62,442 bases of DNA from Lama guanicoe (taxonomy: Eukaryota): contig MU054001.1 of assembly GCA_013239625.1 (NCBI GenBank), positions 7,804,911 to 7,867,352 on the forward strand, written 5' to 3'. Below, piece by piece: positions 26,932 through 40,560 of this stretch (positions are counted from its first letter, which is position 1; every line of letters begins with the position of its first letter). The notes beneath the pieces are model-generated. The model was given only the letters and a program-made list of their open reading frames with translations, was not told the origin of the DNA and did not search any database. The position numbers and the translations under genes are program-made.

Positions 26932-27039
26932 GTGTCACTTATCTTTTCTATTTTTCTTTTATTTTTTTTCAGTATTTAATCCAAATTTAATATCAGGGTA
27001 TTTTTGGAAAGAAATTTCTCTTTTTCTTTTCTCTGGGGC

Positions 27040-27145
27040 TCTTTTGTGGGGGTAGGTAATTAGGTGTATTTATCTGTTAGTGGAGGTCCTGGAGCTTGAA
27101 ACCAGGACCCCGTGCAGGCTAAGCACACGCTCTACCACCAGCCCC
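27040..27145 (-). mobile_element. tRNA-derived SINE, camelid Vic-type
   Basis: Minus strand reads ...tggtagagcgtgtgcttagcctgcacggggtcctggtttcaagctccaggacctcca...ataaatacacctaattacctacccc, matching the recalled camelid SINE consensus (A and B boxes, AACCTAATTACCTCCCC tail). Confidence 0.75.
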
Positions 27146-28109
27146 ATTATCGTTTTTTTTTGCTTTAGCTGCCAAGAATCTTACAGCTGCATTTCTAGTC
27201 GGCCTTTAACACTTGCCCTGACTTCATGGAATCCATTTTTGTGATATTATCTCCCCCTGGTTTCATTTAAGTATTGAATCTCCATTTTCTTGTCACTCTC
27301 AGTTTTCCCTTTTTGTTGTTATCATTGTTAAGCTGTGTTTTAAAAAATTGTTTAATTATTCTTTTAGCAGGAGCCTGAAAGTAAATAAATATGTAAACAA
27401 ACAGCACACTTAAATGCTTTTATACATTCTAAGCTGTTTAGTAGTTACTTAAAAACCGAATTGAATATTACAGTGATAACAGTTTAAATTTTTTTTCTAA
27501 AGATATAGCTGAATTAAAATATAATATGTTTCAGGTGTACAATAGATGCTACATTTATAGTTACTGTAAAACATTGCTTGTATTCCCTGTGTTGTAAGAT
27601 ACATCCCACTAGCGTGTTTACATTACATGTTGCACTTTGTATAAGAAATTTGGGTAATGCAGAGTCTGGGACTTGGCTGTGTCTGACCCAGGTTCACGCC
27701 CACCCTGTCTGTCAGGGCTCAGGCCTTCACTACTTTCTGCAGAGGAGCGAGTGGAGGCAGCTCTCATCAGTGCTGGCACCACCCTCTAGTGGCAGTGACA
27801 GCAGTGACTCTGTGAGGACTTGCAAAGTGTTGTTCCAAGAGCTTTACACACATTTCTGCATTTAATAACTAAAGCCCTTCTGTGAGGAAGCGTTTTGTGT
27901 TCCTAAAGATTAATACATTTTCTTTTGATATTGATAGACTTCAAACCTCTGGAAAATTTACAGGAGTAGTACAATAAACGCTTAGATACAGTTCACCTTA
28001 AAGGGCACTATTTGGCCTTTTGTGTCTGGCTTACTTTAGCATAAAGTTTCAAGGTTCATCCATATTGTAGCCTGAATCAGTACATTATTCTTTTGGTTTG
28101 ATAATATCC

Positions 28110-29581
28110 TTTTTCTTTTTTTTTCGTTTTTAGTCTTTTAAAAATATTTTCATTGAAGTCTAGTCAGTTTATAATGTTGTGACAGTTTCTTGTGTACAGC
28201 ACAACACTTCAGTTAAATAGGAACATACCTGTATTCATTTTCATACACTTTTTAAACATGTTACTATAAGATATTAAATATATTCTCCTGTGCTATACAG
28301 TATAAACTTGCTGTTTATTCTATACATACTCAGTATCTTCAAATCTTGAACTCCCAATTTATTCCTTCCCACACCCTCTCCCCTCTGGTAACCATTGTTT
28401 TCTTTCTATGTCTCTGTTTCTGTACTTTAGATAAGTTTATCTTTTTGTTTCTTTGTTTTTTGTTTTTGTTTTTGTTTTTGTTTGTTTCCACATGTGAGGG
28501 ATCTCATATTGTATTTTTTTTTTTTTTTTTTGTTTACTTCATTTAAATTGACTTTATACATCCATTGATGTTGCTGCAAATGGCATTATTTTATTCTTAT
28601 TTTATGGCTGAATAGTTGTCTATTGTACAAATATACTACAACCTCTTTATCCAGTCATCTGTCAGTGGACATTTAGGTTGTTTACATATCCTGCTATTGT
28701 AAATAGTGCTGCTGTGAATATTGGGGTGAAGGTGCCTTTTTGAATTATGGATCCTTTTGGATATATGCCCAGGATTGGGATTGCTGGGTCATATGGGAGG
28801 TCAATTTTTTGTCTTTTGAGGAACCTTTATACAGCTTTCCACAATGGCTCCACCAAACTGCATTCCCACCACTGTGTAGGAGGGTTCCCAATTTTCCGCA
28901 GCCTCTCCAGAATTTAGTGTCTGTGAACTTCTGAATGATGGCTCTTCTGACTGGTGAGAGGTGATACTTGATTGCAGTTTTGATTTACATTTCTCTGATA
29001 ATGATATAGAACAGTTTTTCATGTACATATAGGCCATTTGTATGTCTTCATTGGAGAAATGTTTCTTTAGGGCTTCTTCCCATTTTTGAATTGAATTGTT
29101 TGTTTATCTTTCTTATTAAGTGTAAAAGCTGTTTACATATTCTGGGAATTATGCCCTTGTCAGTTTCATTTATTGCAACTATTTTCTCCCATCCCATAGG
29201 TTGTCTTTTAGTTTTGCTTACTGTTTCCTTAGCTGTGCAAAAGCTTGTAAGTTTAATTAGATCCCACTTGTATAATTTTGCTTGTATTTCTATTGCTTGA
29301 GTAGACAGCTCTAAGAAATCATTGCTGAGATGTATGTCAGATGTTTTGCCTATGGTTTCTTCTAAGAGGTTTATAGTGTCTTGTCTACATGTTTAAGTTT
29401 TTAAGCCATTTTGAATTTACTTTTGTGTATGCTGCGAGGGAGTAGTCTAACTTCATTGATTTACATGCAGCTGTCCAGTTTTCCCTACACCATTTGCTGA
29501 AGAGGCTGTGTTTACTGCATTGTATGTTCTCACCTCTTTGTCAAAGATTCAATGACCAAAAGTTTGTGGGCATATTCTTGG
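28110..29581 (-). mobile_element. Younger L1 3' fragment (ORF2 C-terminus plus 3'UTR) nested in an older L1
   Basis: Poly(T) at ~28110-28135, then antisense L1 3'UTR and ORF2 end motifs (gccatttgtatgtcttcattggagaaatgt, gctgtgcaaaagcttgtaagtttaattagatcccac). Confidence 0.85.
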
Positions 29582-29707
29582 TAATTTTGGTTTTCCGTTC
29601 ATTGATGGATGGATATTGTTTGTAAATTTTGGCTACCCTGAATGATACTGCTATGAATATTGATGTGAAAGTTTTTGTGAGAACATGTTTTCATTCTGTT
29701 GGCTGTA

Positions 29708-29846
29708 CAGTTGGCCCGCCATATCTGTAGTTTCCACTTCATGGATTCAGATGGCTGATTGTAAAGGGCTCGAACATCCTTGGATTATGGTATCCACAGT
29801 GGGGGGTTCCTGAAACCAAACCCCCGAGGATATTTAGTGATGACTC
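29708..29846 (-). mobile_element. MER2-like Tigger (Tc1/mariner) MITE, internally deleted
   Basis: TA|cagttggccc...gatgactc|TA with imperfect TIRs and a MER2-like core (ttggattatggtatccacagtggggggttcctgaaaccaa). Confidence 0.7.
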
Positions 29847-30264
29847 TACATGTAGGAGTGGAATTGCTGAGCCATATAACTCTAACCATTTGAGGAAACA
29901 CCAAGCTTTTCCAAAGAAGCTGCACCATTGCCCCTTTCCAATGGCTGTGTATTGAGGGTTCCCATTACTCTGCCTCCTGACAGATACTAGTTATTGTCCA
30001 TGTTTTGATTATAACCTTCCTAGTGAGTGTAAAATGAGATCTCATTTTGATTTTGATTTCGCTAGTGATGCTGAGCATCTTTTCATATGCTTTTTGGCCA
30101 ATTGTGTATCTATTTAAATCCTTGGCAAATTTAAAAATTGGGTCGATTTTCTTTGTATTGGTCAATTGTAAGCATTTGTTTTATATCCTGGATACTAGTG
30201 TCTTATTAGATATATGCTTTGCAAAATTTTTCTCCTATTCTGCACATTGTCGTTTCAGTTTAAT

Positions 30265-30367
30265 TTTTTTAAACATTTTAAGAAATTCTTTATAGGGGAG
30301 ATAATTAGATTTATTCATTTTTTTCTTGCCAAGCACGCACCCTATCACTTGAGCTTCCCCCTTCCCC
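30265..30367 (-). mobile_element. Internally deleted camelid Vic-type SINE
   Basis: ggggagataattagatttattc tail and aagcacgcaccctatcacttgagcttcccc head; imperfect TSD cgtttcagttt/catttcacttt. Confidence 0.55.
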
Positions 30368-32039
30368 TTTCATTTCACTTTCTTGATGATGTCCTTTGTA
30401 ACAAATGGTTTTAATTTTGATGAAGTCCATTTTATCTGTTTTTGTTTTTTATCACTTGTGCTCTTGGTATTGTATCTAGGAAGCCATAGCCTATCTATCC
30501 TAGGACCACAAAGATTTATACTATGTCTTCTTTTAGAATGTGTATACATTTAGTTTTTACGTTTCTGTCTGTGATCCATTTTGAATTAATATTTATTTGT
30601 TATATAAAATACGGGGGTCCAGATTCCAGATTCATTCTTTTGCCTGCAGATACCCAGGTGTCCCTGCACCATTTGTTGAATAGTCTATTCTTTCAATGGA
30701 GTGTTGTTGGCACATTCGTGGAAAACTGACTGTTAAGGTAAGTTTCCCCCCTGGATTTTTTATTGTGTCTCATAGATTTATGCATCCAAACTTATGCCAG
30801 TACCATAATGACGTGAGTACTATAGATTTGTAGTAAACTTTGAGTGAGCCCTCCAACTTTCCTCTTCTTTTTCAAGATTGTTTTGGCTATCCTGGGCCCC
30901 TTGCATTTCCATATGAATTTTGGGATCAGTTTTTCAATTTTTCCAAAGAAGTCAGATGGAATTTTGATAGGGTTTCCATTAAATTTGTAGATCACTTTGG
31001 GGAGTCTTACCAATTTTAACAATATTGTCTACCATTCCATGAACATGGGATGCCTTTCATATATGTAGATCTTTTAAATTTTATTTCGGTGATACTTCAA
31101 AATGTTCAATGTAAAAATCTTGTAAAATTTTGTTAAATGTATCTCTCATTTAATTTTTAATGGTGTTGTAAATGGAAAGGCTGAGCTTCCTAAGGGTGGG
31201 ACTATATATCAATTTATTTATTTCTAGGATTCCTTCACAGCAAATACCCAAGATTTATATGTGCTACATAAATCTATCCACAATTGTTCCCACCCCCATG
31301 TTATAAGAAACCAAGACCCAGGTTAAGCTACCTGAACACCTATGTGGAAGGGAGAAATGAGATATTTGGTTGGGGCTTTGTGCAGATTATACTGAGAGCT
31401 TGTTCAGGATGGCTTCATCTTAATTTCTTTTAAGCAATCCTTTCACTGTATAAAGTCAGATGCATTATGTACATGCCCTTTTGATGTGCAGAGTAGATAA
31501 GACTATAATTTTCAAATAGTTTCTCGTGAGAGTGTTGTACTTGAAACCTAATTAGCACCAATCTTTGAAGATTTATGTTTCAGGAGCTTTGACTAAATAA
31601 TACCTGTCTTTATTCAATAACGACAGCTAAATGCTCAACCAACATGTAGGAGTTTGAGCAAACTGCCTCCACCCCGTAGTGCTGGTTGGCTACAGCTTTA
31701 ACTGGAGTCAGCACTTACCTATCCCAGTATGCTTCTGCTATTCTGCTCAAAGTGCTTCGTCCAACAGTTTGTCAGTAGTCTTTTGGACAAAGCCATAAAG
31801 CATTGATTCAAGGTTGCTGGAATGGAATCTATTCTTATTAATATTAATTAAGCACATATTGAGTGCTTACTGTATGTTGGGGATTGTCCCTCAGCCTCAC
31901 ATGAATATTATTTCTCTTAAAACCTCTCATGTTTCCTTGTTATTCACATTTTACAGATAAGGAGACTGACGATTAGGTCTTCTCTCTTGGGGGGAGCTCA
32001 TTATTAATGATGGGAAGTTGTAAGGAAAAAGATATTGTT

Positions 32040-32900
32040 TAATCCTGAGAAAACATTTTTCGGAGAGTCAGCATTGAAGAGGGTGACCACTGAAGAGGGT
32101 GATCCTTATTTGAGTGAGACGAGCCCCGGGTTGTACGGAGTCAGCATCCCTCCAGGACACGGCACGTGTAGAGCTGCGTGGTGGGTGAGGCGGCGCGGCC
32201 GCGTCGGGTTCAAGGATGCCAGGCTGTTGGACTGTGCTCAGGCCCGGTGGGGCTTTCTCCTAAGGGCAGTGGACCGTCATTGACAGATTTTAAGTAGGGG
32301 AGTGGGGTGCTCTCGTAGTTCACTTTGTCTTATAGAATGGTTAGAAACATTTAGAAGGCTCGGCAGGAGGTGATGTGATGGGTCAGAGTAGGGTGGCTGC
32401 GAGGGGTAGCAGTGTTCAATTTTCAAGTGATTTTCAGTCCCAGGTTTGTGGCTCAGTAGCCGTGTCACTTTGGATGATGCACTGAAGGAAGTGAAACAAT
32501 TTAATCAGTTGAATCAGTGATATACTGACTTCCCAGGACTGTTGTGGTGATCCAGTGAGATAACGTGTGCACAGTGTGCAGCATGGTCCCCAGCACAGAG
32601 TCAGTGCTGAGTGATTGCCAGTGAGTACCTGGTAGGTTAGGTGAGGGTGGTGGGACTCGGTGACTGAGGAAATCTGGGCCCTGAAGGAGGGGTCCAGTCA
32701 CATCTGTGAGTGATGGGCCTGAGTTGGGAGAGGCAGGGAGACCTTGACCCCTGACCAGGGGACCTGGGCAGGACGGCTATGGGAGGAGCACCGAGAAGTC
32801 AACTCTTTGCAGGTGGAGTTGGAGGTGCCCTTGAGACATCTAAGTGCAGTGTCACAATCACAGAAGATGCCTGGGCCTGGGCTGTGCATTTTCCTATAAT
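32040..32900 (-). mobile_element. L2 fragments with an intervening MIR (~32500-32620)
   Basis: L2-like gacagattttaagtaggggagtgggg and gaggtgcccttgagacatctaagtg; MIR-like gagataacgtgtgcacagtgtgcagcatggtccccagcacagag. Confidence 0.5.
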
Positions 32901-35900
32901 CTCAATCCCTGAGGACGCCGAGGTATTGATCACAGAAAGTGAAGACATACTTTACAGGACAAGTGAATAGTAGTATCATCTCTGTCATCAAAGCTCACGT
33001 CTCTTTATTCATCACTCACATTGCTAATTGGGTACTTACAGAGCTCACTTCACTGTCCTCCCGTGGGCTCAGGCTCCACAGAAAAGAGAAGGTGAGTCTC
33101 CTCTTTCCAGAAGAAGACACATTTAGCTGGTAGATTTCTATACCTCGCCAGACTTTGAATTTTAGTGTGTTGATTTAATTCTATTTTCTGTTGGCCGTCT
33201 CCTGACAAGAGACGTTTTACCTCATGGTCATGTTTCAATTAGCTATTACTGAGAATTCCTGATCTGATCCATAGTGTATGTATTATATTAACTTTGTAGA
33301 GTAGTTATCATTTTTATGTCTTTGCCCTTTAATTTTGTTTTCCCCTTCAATGTTCTATCTTATTTGGGGCCTTATATTATTTTTTAATTAAAAAATGTTA
33401 GCAGTTAAGAAAACCAAAGCAAAGAAAAAATGCACATGATAGCTAAATTTAGAAAATATCTAGTATGTTTTCTGTCTCGGCAATGGAGGGTTCTAGAAAC
33501 TCGTGAAAACCTTCATTACATAAGTTCCTTAAAATGCAGATTAAGAAATAAAACCTTCCTTCCTCATCTTTCAAGCTGCACAACTAATTGTCAAGTAATT
33601 GAGGGGAAATCCTCAGAAGCCAAGACAAACGTGAAAGCAGGGATTCTGGGAGATACGTGAGCCTTAGAAGCCCTGGGATGTCCTTCGGCTCCTGAACTGA
33701 GTTTCAGTTGCCCTGGCAGGAGGGCAAGAGGTGAGCCCCAGCCCTCTCACACTGGGAGTTGGTTGGCTGTTCTTATGTAAGGCCAAGCACATCCTGAGAA
33801 TCCTGCTTTACAAAAGGGTGAATTAGAAAGAAAAGAAAAAAGCATTCCTCAAGGCAAGGAAGTAAGGGAAGTCAGTTTTTTTGGAAGCGGGGGAAAAATA
33901 ATATCCAAAGTAAGGATTTAGTTTAAAGCTGTTATGGCATGAGAGTGACCACAAACTCCTGGCAGAAAATCACAGCTCCTCCCGGAAAGAGAAGTTGTGT
34001 TTTGAATGAATCAGTGGACAGCCATTCTAAAAAAGTCCTCCAGAGTATTCTGGATCAAGATACCAGACCCAAACACCTCCCTTCCATGGTCTCATTTAAA
34101 TAACCAGAAAGGTTTTAACAGAAAGAAGCCATGATCATAGTTCTATTTATTGACATTACTTTATGCTAGGAATTCAGAGGTGACTATGGAGTTGTCTCAC
34201 TCTTTTATGGACCTTACTTCCTATTTGACATAGTTGGGGAACTTGGTGGAGGGTGTTGTTGGTCTGTTGCAATTATCCAGGGGAAGAGATTAAGAAAGCA
34301 GTGAAGGGTGGGTGACATTTTTAGCTGAGAACAGTCCTGTTAAGTTGGCTTGTAATTGCAGGCTCGTTAAGTTGTCACTGGTGGGAATTGATCTTATGGA
34401 AGATGGACTTAACTCAGGCCTCTTCAGAATGGACAAGTGAACCTGGAGAAAGACAGTAAAATCTGTGCATACATTAAAGTCCATGTGAACGTGCTGTATC
34501 CCTGAGCCAAAAATAGGACAAGTAGGCAGCACTTCTTGAGAACAGAGGAGTGGCTTTTAAGATTCTCCAAGAATGAATCCCAGGGAACCGGGATGGCCAG
34601 TTGTCAAACTGTGATTTTGCTCTTTGGATGGTGTATCCACCAAGGGTATTGGCCGTTTATAGGTTTTCATTTCTCTTTAATACATGTCAGGTGATGTGGA
34701 CGTGGGCATAAACGTTTGACACCTTGTCGAGGTGACTTTGGGTACCTGCCTAGAAGCACGGGCACAGCTATGGCTGCGTCATTCATCTTGCCGCCCATCC
34801 CGCTCCCCGGCTCCGTGATCACGGCAGAGTGGTTCCTTATTGAGTTGTCCGTCTCCTCTGTGACATCGTAACCAAACAAAAGACTGGAATGTATTAGCTT
34901 GGTTTTGTTCTTTTCCATCCTTCTCTTCGAATGATGTTGATTGATAGTGGACCCAGTTACGTCTGCAGATGATTTACAAGTAGGGCTGTCAGTACAAACC
35001 TTGTAATCCCCGCTGTGTGATCTAGAGAAAAAGTTACACTCTTTCCAAATTGTTTTGATGCACTTATGTGGGAAAATGATATACGTTTGAATATTTATTT
35101 CCTCTCTGAATCGTCATGGCTAGAGATGAATATCTGTAGACATGGAATGAGTTTTCTGTATTTGAGCTGTATGGTCCCCTAAATTCTCCCCAGCTTTTTA
35201 AAGTCATCACTGGAGTGCTAACTCCAGAGTGCCCCAAAGCATCCATCACTGCCTGTTCTTCGGAAACTGTGAGTTTCCAAGTTGGAGAAGGCTGCTGGCT
35301 GGTGAGGCATTCTCTGGCACATCTCTGGTTGGCTGATGTGAGCTTAGCACCCAAGACTTGTCACACAGTAACTAACCATGATCACATCCATTTCTGGAAC
35401 AATCATGGTGGATTTTACTCCTATGCTAGTGGCATACGTTATTTCATTTAGTTTTCCCAACAGTCATAATTAGATTTTATCACCTGTATTAAAAAGGAAA
35501 CTGTCAAAGTGAGTGACGTGCAGACTTTGGACTGGAACACTGTTCTTTCTGATCCCTGTCTCTATTCCCTCCCCGGCCTATCCTTCCAAATGACCAGGAG
35601 ACTCTTCCTCAGTCTTGAGTTTCCCACTGATGTTATCACTCTCTTTGTTTCTGGAGAGGAAAACAAGTCTAAACTTACTTCCCAGTTGGGAATGGAATGG
35701 AGAGTTAACATTGGAAGACGGGAGAGTGTCCTGTGATGAAGCGGTCTCCGAGCCACTTCCACAGGGACGTCACATCACTGTCTGGGCCCCTTGCTCAGCC
35801 TGTGCACAGATGACAGCGCAGATGTGCTGAGCAGTCCTCCTGGACAGGGCAGTGGGCTGGAAATATGTTTGGGGATTTGGTTTCATTACATAGGTTCCTG

Positions 35901-36640
35901 AGGGTCTTGGCCTGGCACTTCGAGTGGGAGCATCCCCTGTCCCACAGACTCGTGCTCTGGGCCTGTGCAGACCTGACGTGGCCTCAGCCTGAGTCTCAGG
36001 GCCCGTGGTGATGAGGAGCATTTTAGTGCAGGGTCTGCCAGAGGCTCTGACAATTCTGGGCTGTGGGACTTTGTTCAGGATGATAAGAATTCCTCCCCGA
36101 GCTTCAGATTTCCTTGCCTGTGAGCCGGGGTAGTAACAGTTTCTGAGATGATTGTAATGATTCAGTAACGGGTGCAGTGTGTGCTGGCAGGTAGCTGGTG
36201 CTTAAGGAGAAGTAGTCGCAGTCACACTGTCAGCCTCTCACTGTGTGCTCTGTGCTTTGAGAGGTTGTGTGTTTGGTGAAAGTCCCGCCCAAACCCTAGG
36301 GTCTAGATGAACTGTTGTTCCTTTACTTTCCCTTCCTTTTCCTCTTTCCCTTCTCTGTGTCCCATGTTTAGGTAGCAGATTCCTCTATTTCAGGGAATAC
36401 GGGGCTTTCTAGTAGAAGGACAGGCGGAATGTGGAGAGGTGGGGCCCAGAGGGGGTCTGGAGCGTCTGCACAGCGCTGCTTCCCTGCGTTTCTGCATCCG
36501 GTCCCATCAGTACACTAAGTCAGCCTTCCTCTTCCTTCCTGTGTCATCGGGTCTCTGTTTTAAGGGAAAACTTTTTTACGGGTCTTTTTTCACTTACATG
36601 TTTCGTTCAGATGCTTGTTGCTTTTCTCCCTGTGCTTCAG

Positions 36641-36853
36641 CGTTCTGAGGAGAGAATTCAGCAGTGCAGCATCCTCTCCGAACTGTATGAGTTGATTGGC
36701 TTCCACTGCAAGTCCGCCTTCTTCAAGCGGGTGGCCCCGTGCAGCGCACGGCCCCCGGCATCCCGGAGCCTGGCGGGAAGGCCTGCTACCGACTCCTTCT
36801 GCAGACGCTTCCTAGCTACAGTCTGTCGCTGGATCTGCAGGACTTCAGCAAAG
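36641..36853 (+). pseudogene. TRAPPC9: TRAPPC9 pseudo-exon C
   Basis: tgtgcttcag acceptor and AG|GT donor at 36854. [32 protein letters not shown], then a 1-bp deletion near 36737, then [38 protein letters not shown]. Matches recalled TRAPPC9 [72 protein letters not shown]. Confidence 0.95.
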
Positions 36854-36949
36854 GTGTTGGAACTAAAACATTGCTTCAGTCCCATTAACCATGCCTGGAT
36901 TGGGCCCTGCTGTCCTGTCTCATCAGGGTGAATTTTGATTCGTGTAGAA

Positions 36950-37140
36950 CAGGGCTCAGCAGACTTTTTCTGTCAAGGGCTTGGGAGTAAATATTTCAGG
37001 GTCTGCAAACCTCCTGATCTCTGGTGCGGCTGCTCAGCTCTGCTGTTCAGACGCCAGAGCAGCCGGACAGTCCACACACCCACAGAGCTTTAACAGCGGT
37101 GGCTGGGGCTGGATTGGGAGAATGAACTGCAGTTTGTCCC
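36950..37140 (+). mobile_element. MER58-like hAT MITE
   Basis: cagggctcagcagactttttctgtcaagggc...gtaaatatttcagg...ctgctcagctctgc...ctgcagtttgtcc. Confidence 0.65.
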
Positions 37141-37144
37141 CACA

Positions 37145-38120
37145 GCCTCCTCACTATTGACACCTGCACCAGAGAGTACATTTGTGACAATGGGTGAACC
37201 TACACTGACACATCATCATCACCCAGAGTCCATATTTGACACTAGGATTTACACTTGGTTGTGTGCACTCTGTGGGTTTGGACAGATGTGCAATGACATG
37301 TATCCACCATCACAGCATCATACAGAGTAATCTGTCTTAGTGACCTTAAAATGCTCCGTGCTGCACCTCAATCATTGCTCCTTCCCCTCTAGCCTCTGAC
37401 AGCCACTGATCTTTTAGTCTCTGTGGTTTTCCCTTTCCCAGAACACCATACAGTTGGAATCAGACAGTTGCAGAACCTTCCAGATTGGATTCTTTCACTT
37501 AGTAATATGCATTAAAGGTTCCTCCATGTCTTTCCATTCCTTGATAACTCATTACATTTTAGCACCAAATAATAGTCCATTTTCTGGCTGGACCACAGTT
37601 TATCCATTCACCTACTGAAGAACAGCTTAGTTGCTTCTGAGTTCTGGTGATTATGAATAAAGCTGCTATTAACATCTGTATGCAGATTTGTGTGTGGACA
37701 TAAATTTCCATTTCATCGAGTAAACACCAAGGAGCACTGTTGCTGGGTCATATGTTAGGAGTACGTTTAGTTTTGTAAAAAATTGCCAGACCGTCTTCCA
37801 AAGTATCTGGGCCATTTTACATTCCCACCAACAATGCATGAGAACTCCTGTCACTCCACATCCTCACCAGTATTCGGTGCTGTCAGTGTTCTGCGTTTTG
37901 GCAGTTTTGACAGGTGTGCAGTGGTACCTCGCTGTATCATTCTGCATCCCCTTGGTGACAGATGCTGTGGAGCATCTTTCCATAGACTTCTTTGACATCT
38001 AGATTTCTTCTTTGATGAGCTGTGTGTTCAGGCATTTTGCTCATTTTATAATCAAGTTATTCATCCTTCTTGTTGAGTTTAAAGAAATTTTGGTATATTC
38101 TGGATATCAGCCCTTTATCA
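37145..38120 (-). mobile_element. L1MA/MB 3' fragment
   Basis: ORF 37669-37854 WWECKMAQILWKTVWQFFTKLNVLLTYDPA is the L1 ORF2 C-terminus; L1 3'UTR motif gaacctacactgacacatcatcatcacccagagtcc. Confidence 0.85.
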
Positions 38121-40339
38121 GTGTGTCCCTGCCCTTCACCTGCAGCACCGGAGTTGTCCTTTGGGTCTCAGTGGAGTGTCAGCACTTCAAAGAGGTTCCC
38201 TGTCTTCCCTCAGCCTAAATACTGTCCTTGTATTTTTCACTTTCATTGACTCATTTTGTTCTTTTTAAATAGCATTTCCCATAATTTATAAGTACATTAA
38301 AAAAAAGGACAATGATTAAACACTGCCTCCCCCAGCAGGTTGTGTGCCCTGTGAGAGCAGAGGCCCTGTCCCCACTCACCGTTTCCCATGACAGCACATG
38401 GCACATGTCTATGTAAAAGTGTGTAACGTGGGGCCAAACCTGATGAGCATCAATGACGACATGTGTTGGCTACCATTTATTAAATAGACTTGTTTCTGAT
38501 CTTAATTATTAAATCACATGAATGAAACTTGTTTGTTTTGAAAAATAAAACAACAAAGCACAACTCCATGTGATTGGTACTTTGTACTTAGTCTTCTGAC
38601 CCAGGAGGGGATGTTCACCATCATTTTGTGGAGGAGGTTGGGGAGGTAAAGTAAGAGAGTGAGATCAAATAAAGTAAAAATGATAACTATCAGTTGGCTT
38701 TATTTTTACTAAGACACAAAAGTTACTTTAAACTCTGCCTCAGCTGTTGTTCTGTTGTGTTAAACATTTCTCACTGAATTAAATGGAAGCCCACTAAACC
38801 CTGAAAGGGAAATTGTGTGCTCAGGTCCTGAAAAGTGTTTATGTCTATTTCTTGAGATGCACATTTTCCCTGCTGATTACAGAAAGTCAAGGCGGGAACA
38901 CAGCCATGTGCTGTGTGTGTCTGCCGGCTTCACGGGCTGCTCACAGTCACTTTCATTTTCTTGTGTTGCAGTTTATGAAGGTTTTCCATGAGAAATATTG
39001 CTCAGCCTTTTCCTGAATGAAGGATTGAATTTTCCACAGGAAATCGTATGAAAGAGAGTGACAAGGAACATGGGTTTCCCAAAAAAGAATACTTGATGTA
39101 ATAAACTCTCACTATAGTGTACTTTTTTAATACAAGCCAGTTGAAAATTTTATCACTAGGTCATATGCCACAAATCTGTCTTAAGAATAAAAAGATTCAA
39201 ATTTTATAGAAGAAGCAGTTTGAATCAAGTAGAAATTATGACTTGTACACTATTTGTTGTTAGAACTTATACTTAGTCTTATCATAATTGCCTGTGGTAG
39301 GAACTGGATCATTACTTATTTATTAAAAAAAATTCACTAGGTGCTGTTTGCCCCATTCTTGATGTGGCAGTGCTGAGGTTAGTTAAGTTGGGCCATTTAG
39401 GATTCTTAGCTACGTTTTCAGGACATTGATTTCAGCCTCTTTATCTTTTCTACAATCTCTTCTTTTGTGTCGGCCTTTGGTCTTTTGACAACATGGAAAT
39501 ACTGCACAGATCTGCCTTTCCCTTTTTTCCTGTCTTTGTGGGAAGAGATTTCTGTAAGACAAACTACTAGGATATTAAGGATTTGTGTGGGGTAAGTTTG
39601 GTCAGTTCTAAGGATTTCAATTATTACGTATTAATACTTGTTATTCAGCTAATAACAGTAAAATTATAAACTAACTTAAGTATACATCAGTAAGTATAGT
39701 ACAATCAGCCCATCACCCAGATTACGTACTTCACAAACTTTTCCATATTTCCTTTATTCAGACCTTTGTTCTTTTATTTGTCCGTTGTTGAAGTATTTGA
39801 CAGCAAATCAAAGAAGACATGTCATTTTACCCTATGTACTCTAGTAGGTATGTCTGAAAAATGAGGGCTTTTCCTTTGATCAGGTTTTTCCATTTGACCC
39901 ATGTGCTCATTAAGTACCAACTGTATCAGGCATCTCACTAGACATTAGGGATCCTTGGGGCAATGAGACAGTCCTGGTTCCCAAGGAAGTTAAGGGTTGA
40001 TGGAAGAAACCAACACAGGAGCTTGGGTGCCTCACTTAAGGTCCCTGCTGGATGACACCAATTGGACAAAATTTGGGCACAATACAGTAGGATTCACAGA
40101 AGGGACTGGTCAGACTTGTAGGGCAGGCTGTAAGAGAGGCGGTCAGCAGGGCTACAAGAGGAGGAATCATTTGATCAGAATCTGAAATCCCTTCTGCCGA
40201 CCTTTCTACCAAGCCCCCAGGGCCCATCACACACAACCCTGTGCAGTAACTGTTTTTGATTCCAGTTACCACATCTCCTTCAGGAAGGATTTTAAGGTGG
40301 AAAATATTTAAAATCCGTAATTGTTGCCAGAAGGGACAT

Positions 40340-40560
40340 AGAACAAGGAACATGTAAACAACACAAATGTCCATCAGAACATGAATGGATAAAGACGAGG
40401 TGATACATATATACAATGGAATACTACTCAGCCATAGAAGATGCCATTTGCAGCAACATGGATGGACCTGAAGACTGTCATTCTACGTGAAGTGTGGTGG
40501 AAAGAGAAAGAAAAATGCCATATGACTTCATTTATGGGGAATCTAAAATTAATACCATTA
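40340..40560 (+). mobile_element. Short L1 3' fragment, sense orientation
   Basis: aaatgtccatcagaacatgaatggataaag...caatggaatactactcagccat...gccatttgcagcaacatggatggacct. Confidence 0.85.

Larger units (their letters stand above)
29590..31170 (-). mobile_element. Older L1M fragment (continuation of ~27980-28105)
   Basis: ORF 30792-31022 [47 protein letters not shown] is the L1 ORF2 motif. Confidence 0.85.

Noticed and set aside
7040..36853. Imprinted PEG13 or a CpG-island DMR carried with the TRAPPC9 copy
   Set aside because: PEG13 lies in a much more 3' TRAPPC9 intron, and no CpG island is visible in this window.
36431..36931. 166-aa ORF as a functional gene
   Set aside because: It is intron read-through into TRAPPC9 pseudo-exon C and leaves the TRAPPC9 frame at the 1-bp deletion.
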